A DNA stretch of 63,168 bases, counting the filler, from Porpidia crustulata (taxonomy: Eukaryota): NCBI GenBank assembly GCA_964255105.1. It is 5 parts of 5 records of this genome, joined end to end, with 100 filler letters (N's around TTAATTAATTAA, not from the genome) between each part and the next. Parts side by side here need not be neighbours in the genome. Positions count along the whole stretch, not along the records: positions 25,323 to 37,877 come from CAXUWE010000516.1; positions 37,978 to 50,526 come from CAXUWE010000517.1; 3 more parts are not named here. The stretch is one strand, 5' to 3'. Made by a program: the position numbers and the translations under genes. Below, piece after piece: positions 27,142 through 39,880 of this stretch. The number at the start of each line of letters is the position of its first letter. The stretch's first letter is position 1. The notes under the pieces are model-generated. The model had not been told where the DNA came from. It did not search any database and worked only from the letters and a program-made list of their open reading frames with translations.

Positions 27142-27977
27142 TTGAAGGTCGGGCTGCAATCACCGACAAGGATCCTCTCGTCTCGAACCCGATGCCATGA
27201 TAAATCATATAGATGTATGACATTTGAACAACATAAAATTTACTACGTATTTTCATAAAACTAGATGTGGAAGAAACTGTTTAAAACATCTTTTGCAACA
27301 GTCTACTTGATTCACAACGTGCCGGGTTGGGTGCGAAATCCCTACCCGAATCTAACCCAACGGTCACCCTGGAGTATCTACTCAGAATTGGAGCTGTTTC
27401 AGGTATCACATGTCAACTTCTCAGGGCAAGTTTGCACCTCACTCGGGTAGATAATTTCCATACTAGATAGATGGAGCTCAATCCCTGGTAAACGTCAAGG
27501 GCTACTCTTAGATACAGTCCCCATCGACATATCTACATTACACCTACACGTACAACAGTGAAGGAGGTCGGGAAGGCATATATCCGAAGGCTTTATAGAT
27601 GAAGATGTTGATGGAAATAGATACACTAAAGAGTAATCAGATTTGGATGCGAGTGAGCGTTCCTGGTCCTTGACGGGATTGATTGACGGGCTTGAACGCT
27701 GATGTACTTCGTTATAGATGCGTTTCAAAGTATCCTATAACACTCTCTCGCTTGTGTATGTAACTTCAAATGGCAAAGTCATAGACAACATTATATTGAA
27801 CTTAGGAACCGATACAACACCTTAGCCAGCTGGTGAAAGAAGCAGATGTAAGAATTGCGGACACTAAATTTAAAAAAAAAGAGTATCAAAGACATGGGTC
27901 CGTCCTAGTGATCGCTGTCATTATATATCCAACAAATCCCGTTCTTCTTTGGTGATAATCCAAGTCAAAGGTCTTGT

Positions 27978-30900
27978 TCATCGCCGATGGCTGCGTTCTT
28001 CACTTCTTCCGGACCAATCCTTGCCAGACTTCTTCCATGCCAATTCGGCTTCCTTGAGTATAGCTAGTATCTGTTCCTTCACTCCAGTCTGAACCTCGGA
28101 ATAGAATTGTGCCTTTCTTGGTGTCCTGCTCAACAACGATTGACCCCAGAGCCATTTAGCGCAAGGATTGGCACCGTGCTCTAGCAACAGATTCACCATC
28201 CTTATATTGCCTTCGAAGACTGCATAACAAAGAGCCGTCACACCATTATTGGTCTTGGCTTCTATTTCGACACCGGATTCCAAGAGTTGAGCGGCGCATG
28301 CTTCATTCTGGGATTGTACAGCCAAAATCAGAGGGGTATAAGCTTAGTACCTGCTTCTTGCTTCTCTGTTCGCCCCGGCATTGAGCAAGCGTTCCACCAA
28401 CACAGCCGCGATCGGATGTTTACAATACTGCGCAACCACGTGCAGTGGGGTCGCTTCCCATACCCCCTTAGTTTTTACATCAACCAATGCCCCTTCCCTG
28501 ATTAATAAGGTGATCAATTCTGAGCTTCTTTCATTTTGCGCTGCACAATGCAGGATCGATCCTCCCATATTATCGTGGGCGTGAATATCTGCACCGTCAT
28601 GTATCAATTTTACAGCGAGTTCCTCTTCGCCATGTACGCATGCGATCGTAAGTGGGGTTTCCCCATCCCGGTTCTTCACGTCGAATGGTGGCCGATATTG
28701 AAAAAATAAATCAATACAAGTTTCAGTAAGTTTTACGCCATTGTATCGTGATAAATGGTGCAACGCCGTGAAGCCGGCTTTGTCTTGGACCCCCTGACTT
28801 GCTCCGTGCTCTATTAGAAGCTTGATCATATGCTCATGCCTGTGTATCGTTGCAGTAATCAGAGGTGTCTTGCCGCCGAGAGAGGATTTGCAGTTCACAT
28901 CGTAGCTCTTCAATAGCCTCAGCGTTCTCTCAACATCTCCAGAACTAACAGCAGTACTCATATTGAGGCCATATTCCATGCTTTTTCTTGCGTCACCCTC
29001 TCCATGCGAAGCAGTCTGCGGTTGTAAGCGTTCGCCCACAACAGGATCTGAAGCAGCTGAAGACGGCGGATTTGCAGCACACTGCCCAGGAGCGACCGTT
29101 GTTTCAATAGGCATCGGCGATTTCGTTAGATTTAAATCAGTTGTGATTTGCTGTTCGTTGGACCTGTCCAATCCCATTGAGGACGATTCTACTCGTTGGG
29201 GAGTAAGGTCTGAATTCTGTCTAGGATGATTTCCAGTTGAGACACGCAATCCAGGAGATGTAGGTGTATTCTACCCTTGACTATCAATGTCGCTCTGTAC
29301 AATAATATTGGGGATGGGACACATACCTCCGTGCTATGCGATGTTGTTGATTCATTCTCTTTCCCTTCTTCACGAATGCCTAATGTACTGAATGTCATAT
29401 CCGATATTGAAGGGCTAGGTTTCGAGTTCATATCATTATTTACGCAATCATCTGTGCCTCTTTGCCAATGAGAAATAGTTTGCTCAACATCTCGACGATC
29501 ATGCTGACTAGTATCTAAGGTAGATGGCTGATTTTCATGCTGATTGGTTGCATCTTCGGATTGGGACATTGGCTGCCCTGCTACTAGACCAGCAACGCGA
29601 GTCTCCAAGGAAATTGAGCTTTCGTGATGTGAATCGTCTAATATGCCTGGACGAAGGGGGGGCTCATCTTCAGATGCGTCATGTGAGGTCCCATTCTCGC
29701 CCTGTTGCTTCCCTCCATTATAGAGATCGGCCGCACTAAGCAAGGCTTGTTTGATTGCCCATCTGACACTCGGATATATACCACTCTCACCACGTTTTAG
29801 TTTCGCCATTTGTGAGTGGTCTGCGTTGGAGGCGACACGCTCTTCACGAGGATACCATAGTCGTGCAGAATCATGCGAGACCATCATCTCAGCTTGACCC
29901 TCCCGTTTCCAGGATCCTTCGGGCATCTATATCTATTATTCAGCAAGTATAGTTTGTCTCATCTTTTCGGTACTTACCTCAATTACAGTCTTGGTAGGAC
30001 TCAACTCACAGCACGTAAGAATGTCTATGTCTTGAGCGGCATACCGGAATTTGTCATTCAATTCTGTTAAAGTTCGGGATTCAGACTTGAGCTCTCGGAT
30101 CATGTCCTTAGTTGATTTAGATTCAACTAATGTCTCTAGAGCTGTTGTGTGCAGCCCTTTATGGGGTGCACCGAGGAAAATGATCGAACGTACTGGCAAT
30201 CGAGAGCTGTGGATAGAGCCGTAAATACCGACTGAGCCATTGATATCATAAAGGGCCTTGAGGGAGGTGAATTAGTAAGACCGTAATTAGAATTTGTTCA
30301 AATTACGTCTGTTATATATTACCTTCTTGATGATGAGGCACCCAAGGCTATGGCCGATGAAATCAATAGGTCGATCTTAACACTGTGGTACGCTTGTTGG
30401 CTGTGTAGTCATCGGATATGTAGGATTCGAAAGACAAACCTTGGCCGATTCACGCATAGTCAGAAGTCTATGGATGAGATTGGTACTATAATCCGAAAGA
30501 ATACTTCTTGACACATTCCCTTGTAATTGCGAAGGGTAGCCATAAATTATTATCCGGGCATTATTGATGTCTCTAGGGAGATAGTCTCGCAGCCACATGT
30601 TTTGAGCTGAGTGAACCCATGAGCCAAACGCATGAGCAGCGAGGCCTGTGACTGCGATTATACTAAAAATCTTCTGTCAGCGTATTTGCTTATTGACCTA
30701 TAAGACTTACTCGGCTGCAATGGGCTCTTGGGGATGAACGAGAGGAGTGAACCCGTGGAAGTCGCTATCTATGCTGATATTATCATCTAGAACACGAGGG
30801 CATAACACCATTCGATTGGAAGATCGGAATGAAATTGTGGCAGTCAATTCCTGGACGTCCAACTCATAGTTGTCAACAGCGGGTACAATGGATTTGACTT

Positions 30901-31006
30901 GGATGCCAGGTTGATCTTCCGTATAGGAATACGCCTTCAGCTGCTCTTCTGTTGTGCCTAGAGGAATATTCTCAACGCGAAAGGTCCAAGGCCGACTGAG
31001 ATCCAT
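27978..31006 (-). pseudogene. SesB/SERAC1-like alpha/beta hydrolase fused to about 8 ankyrin repeats, with two in-frame TAA codons
   Basis: Spliced exons give DIIAVTGLAAHAFGSW...MWLRDYLP...YGY...RPIDFIGHSLG...FLGAPHKG...NADHSQMAK, a linker, then ANK repeats (GKTPL, GFTALH, GETPL, ATPLH, YTPL, GVTAL). Stops at 30377..30379 and 28344..28346. Confidence 0.8.
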
Positions 31007-33595
31007 GATGCTCGGGAGTCAACAATATTCCTTGAAATGCAGCAAGAATGCGATGAAAATTTTCTTATCAAAGAGCAACGAGGCTGAAGACATCTTATGC
31101 AACCACAACCATGTAGGCCAAAGAGGGAAAGGTTAAACGTAATGCTTGCATGTAAGGTATCGTACAATATCATTGGCCATTCTCTCCGCATCAACAAGCG
31201 CCTGCCAAACATTTTTACACATCGTGCCAGATCTGGAAATAGCAATAAAGGACTTTGTGACAATTTTCCCGTGCCTGTCCTCCCTGGAAAGTCCCTCACA
31301 TTGCATTATTAGAAGGCGCTGCGGGAACCAGTCCTTGTAATTGAGCACTCATATCTGCAACTTCATTGGTTGATTGATATCCCATATTTGACGATGTGGT
31401 ATTGAAAAGCTCAGAGAATCTCCAGGGACAGAACCTTGCGTGGGGCGGCACGGGGCGTGTGTGCTACTCGATTCTACCCCCTCATCGGACCGTTGCACCT
31501 AGGGTTAGGGTACGTTTCAAAAGACTCTTACAATCCCGCTTGATTGGTAGATACCGGCAAGCGAAACGAGGTGGCAGGGAGAGGGGCCTAAACAGGCTAT
31601 ATGTTGCGATAGAATGCAATCCTAGTAAAGATTGGCCTGCCCAGCGAACGGATCGTTTGACAACCAACGAGACTGGCGGAGTTTTCAAGTTCTTCCATTA
31701 CCGTCTTGTATTCCGACCATGCTACCGCTATAGCTAAGATGCCTTATTCTGCATCTATCGAGCTGAACATGTCTGTTCTCGTCCATTCTGAGTCGCTGCG
31801 AGTCCTATGACCTCGATCGTAAAACTCTCCCTTTTTATGCTTCTTTCTCTTGCCCCTCTTTCTCGTGAAATAGAAAGGAAAACAAATTAAAAGAATGATC
31901 GAAGAAATGTCTGATGTTCCCTAATACTGGTAACATTCATGGATGTTTCTCCCCTAAGCAAATATGTCGGAACTCAGGACTTCACTGATCAAATCTCGTA
32001 TCGCAGCTCCTCTACCTTGAGTAAAAAAGAATTGTACGTGACTGATAGTTCTTGGATTTGTTCATTCTTCAAAATCTAAAAATTCATGACTATGAGGCTC
32101 TGGCTTCATGCCATAATACAAATCACCGACTTACTTATATCGCTATCTGTTTGAACCTCGCTGGCGCCCTCTAGCCAGATCCAGCGCCTACAAAAGTCCT
32201 AGAAGCAACCGTCAGGTGCCAAGAACTCCCTCTATCTATACGACTGATTTCTGAAGTTAACGAGTGAGGAAAGGTCGCCGTCTTGGCTAAATTCGACAGA
32301 ACGAGGAGCCAAAACAATGGGGGAAATAATCTGGATGCCCCTGCTCCCCACGAGCCAGTCTCTGGCACGACTGGCCTGTTCTGGTGGCACAGACAGTCAA
32401 TGTGGTCCTAGCTCTCCACATACCCCTGCTGCTCCCCTCGCTCACTCATAGCCCCCTTAGCTGGATCGATCTCTTCATGGTCATCAAATCGATCAATCGG
32501 GACCCTACTACTTTCCCTCACACCAAATCCAATCTTATCCTGGCTAACGACCACAGTCTAACAACATCCGCTATCTCTGAATAAGATCTTGATATCTCGT
32601 ATTCAACCTACATCGCTCCCTGCAAAAGCCCTCTTTGCAACTTTAATAGAGCTCAAGCGTGTTTACATAGGTGTAAGGAAATGTGTTCTTCAGATCTAAT
32701 AACGGACGGTACGACTACGCACAATAATCTTACGGGAGACAAAAGCCTGGGGATCACAGACACATCCACCTCAACACGAACCAAGATCCGACAAACCAAC
32801 CTCTCAAGACTCGACTAATCCCACAATCCCCCACCCTCTTTCCCACCAACGCTTATCCCCAGGCACTCCTCACTCCTCACTCCTCTGCCAAGCAGCCACT
32901 CTCAGTTTGAGCATCTACCCAGGCCTATCCTGACCATTCCCCCGGGGAGCCTTTGCGTAAAATCTGGATCTTGCCATACCGCCACCGTCATCGTATCGTA
33001 CACCATTCAGACGTCATGTTGGGGTGGATGAAAGAAACCGAGAGTGGGGTTGTCAATAGCTGGGTTTTTTTCTGATGGATTTGAGATGGGTGAAGTCGAT
33101 CAGGTTGTTGATGGTTGAGGTAGGTGGGTGGAGAGCTTCGAGGGGATTGTGCTCTTCGTAATTGTTTGGTTGTTTGTGGTGGATGGAATGATACTTAGGT
33201 ATATCTATTTGGTAGTAGTACTGGACAGTATTTCCAAGGTGTTTCTTCTGGGAGGACGTTTTTATTTGGTGATCGAGAGCATCTGGTTCGATAACTTGAG
33301 AGGATAGGGGAAAGTCTTCTAAAATAATTGCAGAGGATGATGAATACCTTATGTAGATGCCAACTTTCATGTTGTGAAACGTGTGGGAAGGTATTGCCTT
33401 TCGAGCATAAAGCGACAGCATTTCAATGATTCTGCCACAAAACCCTGTGCTGCCTAACATAGCTTCCCCCCCCTTTCCATCAAGAAAACAACAATGGTAT
33501 CATCCGCCCGCCTCGCATTATCCCCTGTACAGAATAACCCATCCTACAGCACGCATGAACCCTCTCATCCGCCCCGGTATGATCCTTTATTGGTG

Positions 33596-34255
33596 CTAGA
33601 CAGTGCTTCTTCCCATTCCTCGCCGGCGTCCCCCTCCGCGTCCGCAGGTGAGGCAGCTCACGATGATGTCGATCAGAGAGACGCAGCCGCCGATGATAGC
33701 TTGGAGGATGGCGCCGATGCCGTTAACGACGGCCATGATGCAAGCACCGATGGTGCGGAAGATGGATTCGAACTGTAGAGATATGTCAGTAATGAACGTG
33801 GTGATTCTGTCAAGGCAAGGGTTCAGTGATAGAAGTAGTGTGACGGAGTGAAGGGCTTCAGAAGGAATGCGAAAGTATGTGGAAGAGTGTAATGACTGTG
33901 GGAGCCGAAACTTTGCTCGGTGCTTCAGTCGTTGATGCGAAAGATTGTGTAGGTGAACGGCACGCAGAAAGACTCGACGCGTCTTGTCGTAGCCGTGTAG
34001 GACCTGGGGACTGATGTTTTGTATGCACCGGCAAGATGGAAGAGCTTAGAACCGTTCAATACTACCAAAGCGGCATCATGTACGGGGCATCAAACCCATC
34101 ACAATGACGGTGCTGTGTAAAGTACTCATGCCGCATATGATACGCAGCTTGTGTATGCCAGAGCAGCGGATGTCTCCCACGAACAGGAAATTCATGGCTT
34201 GAAAGGGGTTGCAGGAACTTGAATGTGGACTTACGCATGATACAACGGCACCCAT
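33596..34255 (-). CDS. 65-aa small hydrophobic protein (two exons; missed by ORF track)
   Basis: Exon 34235..34255 MGAVVSC, GTAAGT...CTGAC...CAG intron 33773..34234, exon 33596..33772 FESIFRTIGACIMAVVNGIGAILQAIIGGCVSLIDIIVSCLTCGRGGGRRRGMGRSTV*; C-ending codon bias. Confidence 0.85.
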
Positions 34256-35117
34256 TGTGCTTGATGCGGATGTGTTTTGGTTTGCTAGAGGATCGAAGAC
34301 GTTGTGGTAGCTATGGACTTGGATGGTAGATGGAAGGGTAAATCGGACACGGTGATTGTGATATTGTTGATTGTAGACTGTGAGAAGTGAAGAAGAGAGA
34401 GAGTCAACAACTTTTCGGTTCAAAAATATTCCGTATGAGGCGATGCCGCTTTTGGATGTGGTTATTTAAGAATCGAATGCAATTTCCTCAAAAGTTGGCA
34501 AACATCGCGTCCTTAAATGTCTCGACTTCCAATCCACTTGTCTTCGATCACGCTCCTTAGTCAATCCTCCGTTGGACTTCATCGTCCGATGGGAGCGCTT
34601 TGAACCAGGTATGACGCAGTGATAATCCATTTCTAGCTTGTTGCAGCAATACGAAAAGACTGTAAAACAAGCTTTTGGTGCAGGAAAGGAGATTTGAAGG
34701 CTTTTGTTGTCAGGCCGGTTATGCGCACAGCCACCGCTAAGACATAGACGACCCGACGCTACGACGTGACAAGTACGTTAGACGTCGATCTTCTGTGGCG
34801 TCGCAGTGGCTAAGACTAAAGTACATTAGCTGTGGATGATCGCTGTGGCTGATCGGCCATCATCCGACTAGCGAGCCAGACGCTTCATTTCACCTCTTCA
34901 AAGATCATCCATCCATCGTATCACAGTCTTCCGAAAGGATAACGTGATTATTCAGATTCTCGAACACAATGCAAAGCGACGATCAGTCATATCCTCAAAG
35001 TATCATCTCAAGGATCGCAAAAGTCGCTTGGGACCTTGTAGTGAAAGCCAGCCAATCACAACAGGCTGCCTGCCACAATCTGAATCTGAAGATCACTTTT
35101 ACAACCTCGAAACCCAA

Positions 35118-36503
35118 ATGACACCGATCAGGGTACGGGGCAAGAAGCAGAATGGCTCTATGAAACATCGACAGGCTATCAACTTTTCACCACCTTCAGG
35201 CTCCATCAATGATAGCATGGCTAAATCAGCTGGAAATCTTTCCACGCTAGAGAGACTTCCCACCGAGTTATTACAGCAAATCTTTCTACAGAGTCTCAAC
35301 TTAGACCTACCGCGTGCTTCACTCTTACTTGGTTCTGCATTATCGTCTCTTCATGTTAAAATTCTCCTAGTCTTCAAAGCATTTTCCTCTGGTACCGGTT
35401 ATGGGCTGAAACATTCTGTGGAATTGCTCCAAATTCTGCACACAACGAAAGAAGTCGCGAAGCTGCAAAGCGCTATCCTGCGTCTCAGATGGATGGATCT
35501 CGCTTTCCTACGTCACTGCATTCGTATCTTTTTTGAAAAGACTTTGCTACAGCTTTTTACCGATCACAAGTTTGACTGGAAGGAGACTGGGCCAGAGCCA
35601 ACAAAAAGCAATGTAGTGGATTTGGTGGCAATGGCCTACCAAGACCATTTGGTCGGCGCCGCTCAATCTGGTATGCTAGGATTGCAACAATATACTTGGA
35701 ACCTGGGTGGCCCAATCCAACTAGATCTCTCGCTCGGGTTTCGCGATGGACTGATAAGATTTCACGTGCATGCTGCAGGGCACCATCCCATTTTACCGTG
35801 TTTCGGATTGTCCAGGTGGAGGCTATTGTACTGCTTAGATGATTGCCAGATCCCAGATAAGTTGTTGCATGGACCGTGGACCGATGATAAATGTGATTTT
35901 CTAGAAGTTGTGACTAGAGGAGGGGCGGTGATTGATTGGATCAACTCAACGGCTGGAGAAATTGCCGATGCCGGACTCAGTGACGCTGTGCGCGAACAAA
36001 ACCAGCGAGCGGTCGAAGTACTGGTACAGATTCCAATCCGTGCCGTTCGCCCGGCGGGCTATCTCGATTATGGCGCTGATCATATTCATCGCCCCTGCGA
36101 CGGTGTCAACTATCGTAAGATGCCGGAGTTCATCTGCACCAAAAATTCTTCTCAGAGCTCCGTTGGTGTTCGACCAAGAACGGAACATCTTATGATTGCT
36201 GTAAACCAGCCAGTCTTTCATAAAGGAATTGCCAAATGCTTGATGACGGGACCAGGTTCTCGAATTGATAAAGAAGATGAAAGAATTGTGCAGTGGGCTC
36301 TGCAAAAGAAGATTTCAGGCGATCGTCATGGTACTTGGCTTTACCAGATGTTGTCCAATCTTGAGATATCCCCTGAGCGCGGGCTGGCATCCTGGAATGC
36401 TGAGATAAATTTCGACGCTTTAGCGGACCAATATTTTGTGGACCAATATTTTCCGGACACCCAGGAGAATGAAGTGGATGAAGTGGATGGCATCAATTTT
36501 TGA
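35118..36503 (+). CDS. Hypothetical protein with N-terminal F-box-like motif
   Basis: Long intronless ORF; LSTLERLPTELLQQIFLQSLNLDLPRAS resembles an F-box helix; first in-frame ATG at 35118. Confidence 0.75.
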   Translation: MTPIRVRGKKQNGSMKHRQAINFSPPSGSINDSMAKSAGNLSTLERLPTELLQQIFLQSLNLDLPRASLLLGSALSSLHVKILLVFKAFSSGTGYGLKHSVELLQILHTTKEVAKLQSAILRLRWMDLAFLRHCIRIFFEKTLLQLFTDHKFDWKETGPEPTKSNVVDLVAMAYQDHLVGAAQSGMLGLQQYTWNLGGPIQLDLSLGFRDGLIRFHVHAAGHHPILPCFGLSRWRLLYCLDDCQIPDKLLHGPWTDDKCDFLEVVTRGGAVIDWINSTAGEIADAGLSDAVREQNQRAVEVLVQIPIRAVRPAGYLDYGADHIHRPCDGVNYRKMPEFICTKNSSQSSVGVRPRTEHLMIAVNQPVFHKGIAKCLMTGPGSRIDKEDERIVQWALQKKISGDRHGTWLYQMLSNLEISPERGLASWNAEINFDALADQYFVDQYFPDTQENEVDEVDGINF

Positions 36504-37525
36504 TGAATTCTGAGACGACATAGTAAGCATCACACATATTAGACATAGACGACGCTGTTGATTAGAAATTTTCGATGCTCCTAATTGGCTCAGATCACGA
36601 AGTCTAATAGATACAAGTCAAATATCCACTAAGCGAGGTTCAACGAGGGAAGCGATGGACCGCATGACCCGCACTATCGAGATGAATCCAAAAATAGAGC
36701 AAAAGACAAAGTTTCTCTATAGAGCCTGAAGCTGGACTCGGTATGACTATTCGAGGTTTAGTCGTCAGTGATGGCCTGTCATCGAAGGATTTGTGACCGT
36801 GTATGGAATGGTGTCATGGATTCTCGTGGTCGAATATGTTCCAAGTCTTCTGGGGTCTATTTACATGATGTTTCCAGTGATCACTATACCGGCTACGCTC
36901 TTAGATATTGCTAGATAGGAGAAACTTCGATAGAGACTACTGTCTCGTGCCTCCTTCACCAACTTGTTGCGAACGCTTGCAGTGACTTTGCCTTCTCTAG
37001 GTAGCAATTTTTGGAGCGTGAGAGAGAAAAGTCAAAATATTGCTTGAAAATCACTAGCTCACTGTTGAAAAGAATTTCACGCGAGAGAAAAGAATAATGG
37101 AAAGCTGCAGGCTTGCGGAGCTCGTAAATGCCGTCTAATAGATCGGCGTCAATACGCAGATGATAGTACCATAAGCGTCAAGATCAGCGAGGCAATTCAA
37201 GGACAGCAGGGGAGAACGGATGAAGGATTGTGCGCGTTTAGTCGAAATAGGACATGCTGCGGGAATTTTGCAGTAAAACTAAAAAGAATAAATTGAGGGG
37301 ATAAGAGAGATGAATGTCAGGTATTGAGGCCATGCGATCAGAACCTGATGGATTGGGTCATGGTTGTGTTCACTATACTGCACCAGTACCAACAAATTTC
37401 TATTACCTCTACCGTCTCCGTTTTTAAATTGTACAATCAACGCCCGGCCGGTTTTAAAGTCCAGAATCTTGACAAACGGCGGGCTCCACCGTCACTTTCC
37501 AGACCCCTTATGTTCGACACCGCCA

Positions 37526-37877
37526 CTAGAACATAGCAATCGGATTGGTGGCATTCGCCGGCCTCGGCTGCGCCACATCCCAATGCTCCACAATACACGT
37601 CCCATCCATGCGATAAATATCCGCCAGCGCCACCGGCTCCGGCTGCTCATTCACCCTCACGTGGATCAAGCCAAGGTTGCTGTCGAAATTCTGGCGCAGC
37701 ACCTCGAAGCTGGCGTAGGGGATGATGCCGCTCAGCTTGGCGGCGTTGGCGTCGCGGCCCTGGGCGTCGAAGGGGTCGTGCTCGATCAGGTCGACGGCGA
37801 CGTAGGTGTTGAAGGCCTTGGTAGCATTCTTTTCGCCATAAAGGACGTTGACAAAGTCGAAGAAGAGGTCTTTTTGG
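37526..37877 (-). CDS. SnoaL/NTF2-like protein (5' end truncated)
   Basis: Minus-strand reading QKDLFFDFVNVLYGEKNATKAFNTYVAVDLIEHDP...ALADIYRMDGTCIVEHWDVAQPRPANATNPIAMF*; DIYRxxGxxIVEHWD is a SnoaL-like motif. Confidence 0.82.
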
Positions 37878-37977
37878 NNNNNNNNNNNNNNNNNNNNNNN
37901 NNNNNNNNNNNNNNNNNNNNNTTAATTAATTAANNNNNNNNNNNNNNNNNNNNNNNNNNNNNNNNNNNNNNNNNNNN
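37878..37977. other. Artificial contig-joining spacer
   Basis: N44-TTAATTAATTAA-N44. Confidence 0.99.
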
Positions 37978-38294
37978 AGTTGGGGGTTTGGGTTGATCGG
38001 TGATGTAAAGCAGCCAAGGGTATTTGTTCGTGGAGCACGTCATTCATTCATTACTATCATTGCACAAGATGTGTTCGGGAAAAGCCCCTTTTGCGCAAAC
38101 TGGATATTTTGCTCCCGGTTTTGGTGGTATCTAGGTAAAGGAAAAGGGGAGCCCGCTGGCTAACTAGGTAGTTGATGGATGTGGTAGTTGATGGATGTAT
38201 GTGGGACTAGCTTGCTAATGGTCATGGTATTTTAATTTGTTGGAAATCGTGGACGGTCGTTTTTGTCACCATACCGAATTCCGGAATCGACGCT

Positions 38295-39880
38295 CTATGC
38301 CGAATCTGGTTTCTTGCCGTATACGGTGTGCCTGTTTTGCGTGATGAGTCTCCATCCCCCCTGGGCTTGGGGTGGACGCGTGCTTTGGAACAACTCACAG
38401 GTGGAACATCATGTGCAGCTTCGGATCTCGCATCTCCTTCCGAATGGACGAGCAGATGACGTCGACTTCCGGTTTCGAGTAGCCGAGCTGGCGGGTGAAG
38501 AGGGCAAAGGTGAAGGCTTCGAGACCTTCCATGATCTGGAGGTAGTTCCAGGCGCCGACTTCTTTCTGTTTTGGAAATGGACGGATGTGTTAGTTGAAGA
38601 GTTAGAGTAACTTGGGAGTTGTTGACGAGGGATTCTTTCGCACCAGATGCTTGTCTGCTGGCCATTCTCCGATGGGCAAGGCGAATTTCTCATGGTGTAT
38701 ATCTATGAAGCCGGCGGCTTTCACCCAGCCTTCGAGCAGTGGACCGGGACAAGGTTCCATGTTCGCTTTGCGCATGGCATTGATGAATTCGTTATTGAAT
38801 TTCAGCGACGCGTGTTTGGGTTTGAGCGAGCCGTCCGGGGACTGCCATGCAAGATCGAGGTCGATGAATTCAACATAGCCGTTGGGTTTTGTATTTCTGA
38901 AAATAGAAAGGAGCGTTAAGGCAGACACACCGATGATGGCTTTCACAATGGAATTGACAACGCAAATCAATCCATAAGGACTTACGTAAAGCATTGGCGA
39001 ACAAGGCGAGGCCAGTCCTTGATGGTGTTTCCCATAAACCGACAGTGGATATAGTCGAATTTCTGGCTATACGTCCATTCGGCTTCGACATCATCGACTT
39101 CAAATCGGACATTGGGAGGTACCCTATCGAAGCTTTAAAAGCTTGATCCACAGCACCTGGAGGGCAACCATACCAACGGGGTTGAATGGGGCTTAGATCA
39201 TTGCCAAGAATCTGCATTTCGGTACAAAGTAAGTCAGCACTTCCAAACGGACTGCTGCTGCTGCTACTACAGGATCCCATACCTCGGCTCCAGGAAACTT
39301 GTCGCCTGTCCAAGTCAAGATCATGGTTAGCATCATCCAGTCGAGGATGGGGTTCCTATAATCGGAAAGTGATCATACCCATTTCCATTGCCCATATGCC
39401 AGTACCAGTTCCAACGTCGAGGATACGCTGGGGACTCTTCATAATAGGTGCCAGATTTAGCTTCCCGCCCAGAGTGACCTCTGTCAATTTATGCATAATG
39501 TCCAGCCGATCCATCTCTTTCTCGTCATTCGGGTACATATAAGCTGAGGGAAGCTTTCAATGGCTAATCCGTGATTTTTTCTTTGGATTACCTACTGCCT
39601 TCCTTGTACGCATGGTATCGCCGTCCATTCTCGTGCTTGTATGCGGTAGTTATGGATGCCAACGATGTCGTATAGCTTGCTCTACAATCCATGTCATCAG
39701 CGACCGCCAGACATCTGTAGAGAGATTCCCATCATACATGTCCGAGTCATAGGCGGAATCTTTTTCTTGACCGTACTGCTGATCTGTTAGGAGGAACAGG
39801 ATTGACTGCTTGATAGTACGGACACTACTAGCTTCAAGATTAGGCTCCACCTCGACCGGCGTTGGTGCTGCAGCCGCCAT
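38295..39880 (-). CDS. LaeA-like SAM-dependent methyltransferase (many introns)
   Basis: ENGRRYHAYKEG|AYMYPNDEKEMDRLD...RILDVGTGTGIWAMEMG...GNDLSPIQP|WVPPNVRFEVDDVE...PIGEWPAD...HTVYGKKP. Confidence 0.9.

Noticed and set aside
32989..33018. Minus-strand micro-ORF MTSEWCTIR* after a C/A-rich leader, as a CAAX lipopeptide pheromone
   Set aside because: Only 9 codons, and Arg at the X position is a poor prenylation substrate; no other support.
38167..38198. 16-bp direct repeat (ggtagttgatggatgt x2) and similar short tandem repeats near 25200 and 32870
   Set aside because: Simple slippage duplications with no spacers or element structure; not CRISPR or transposon ends.
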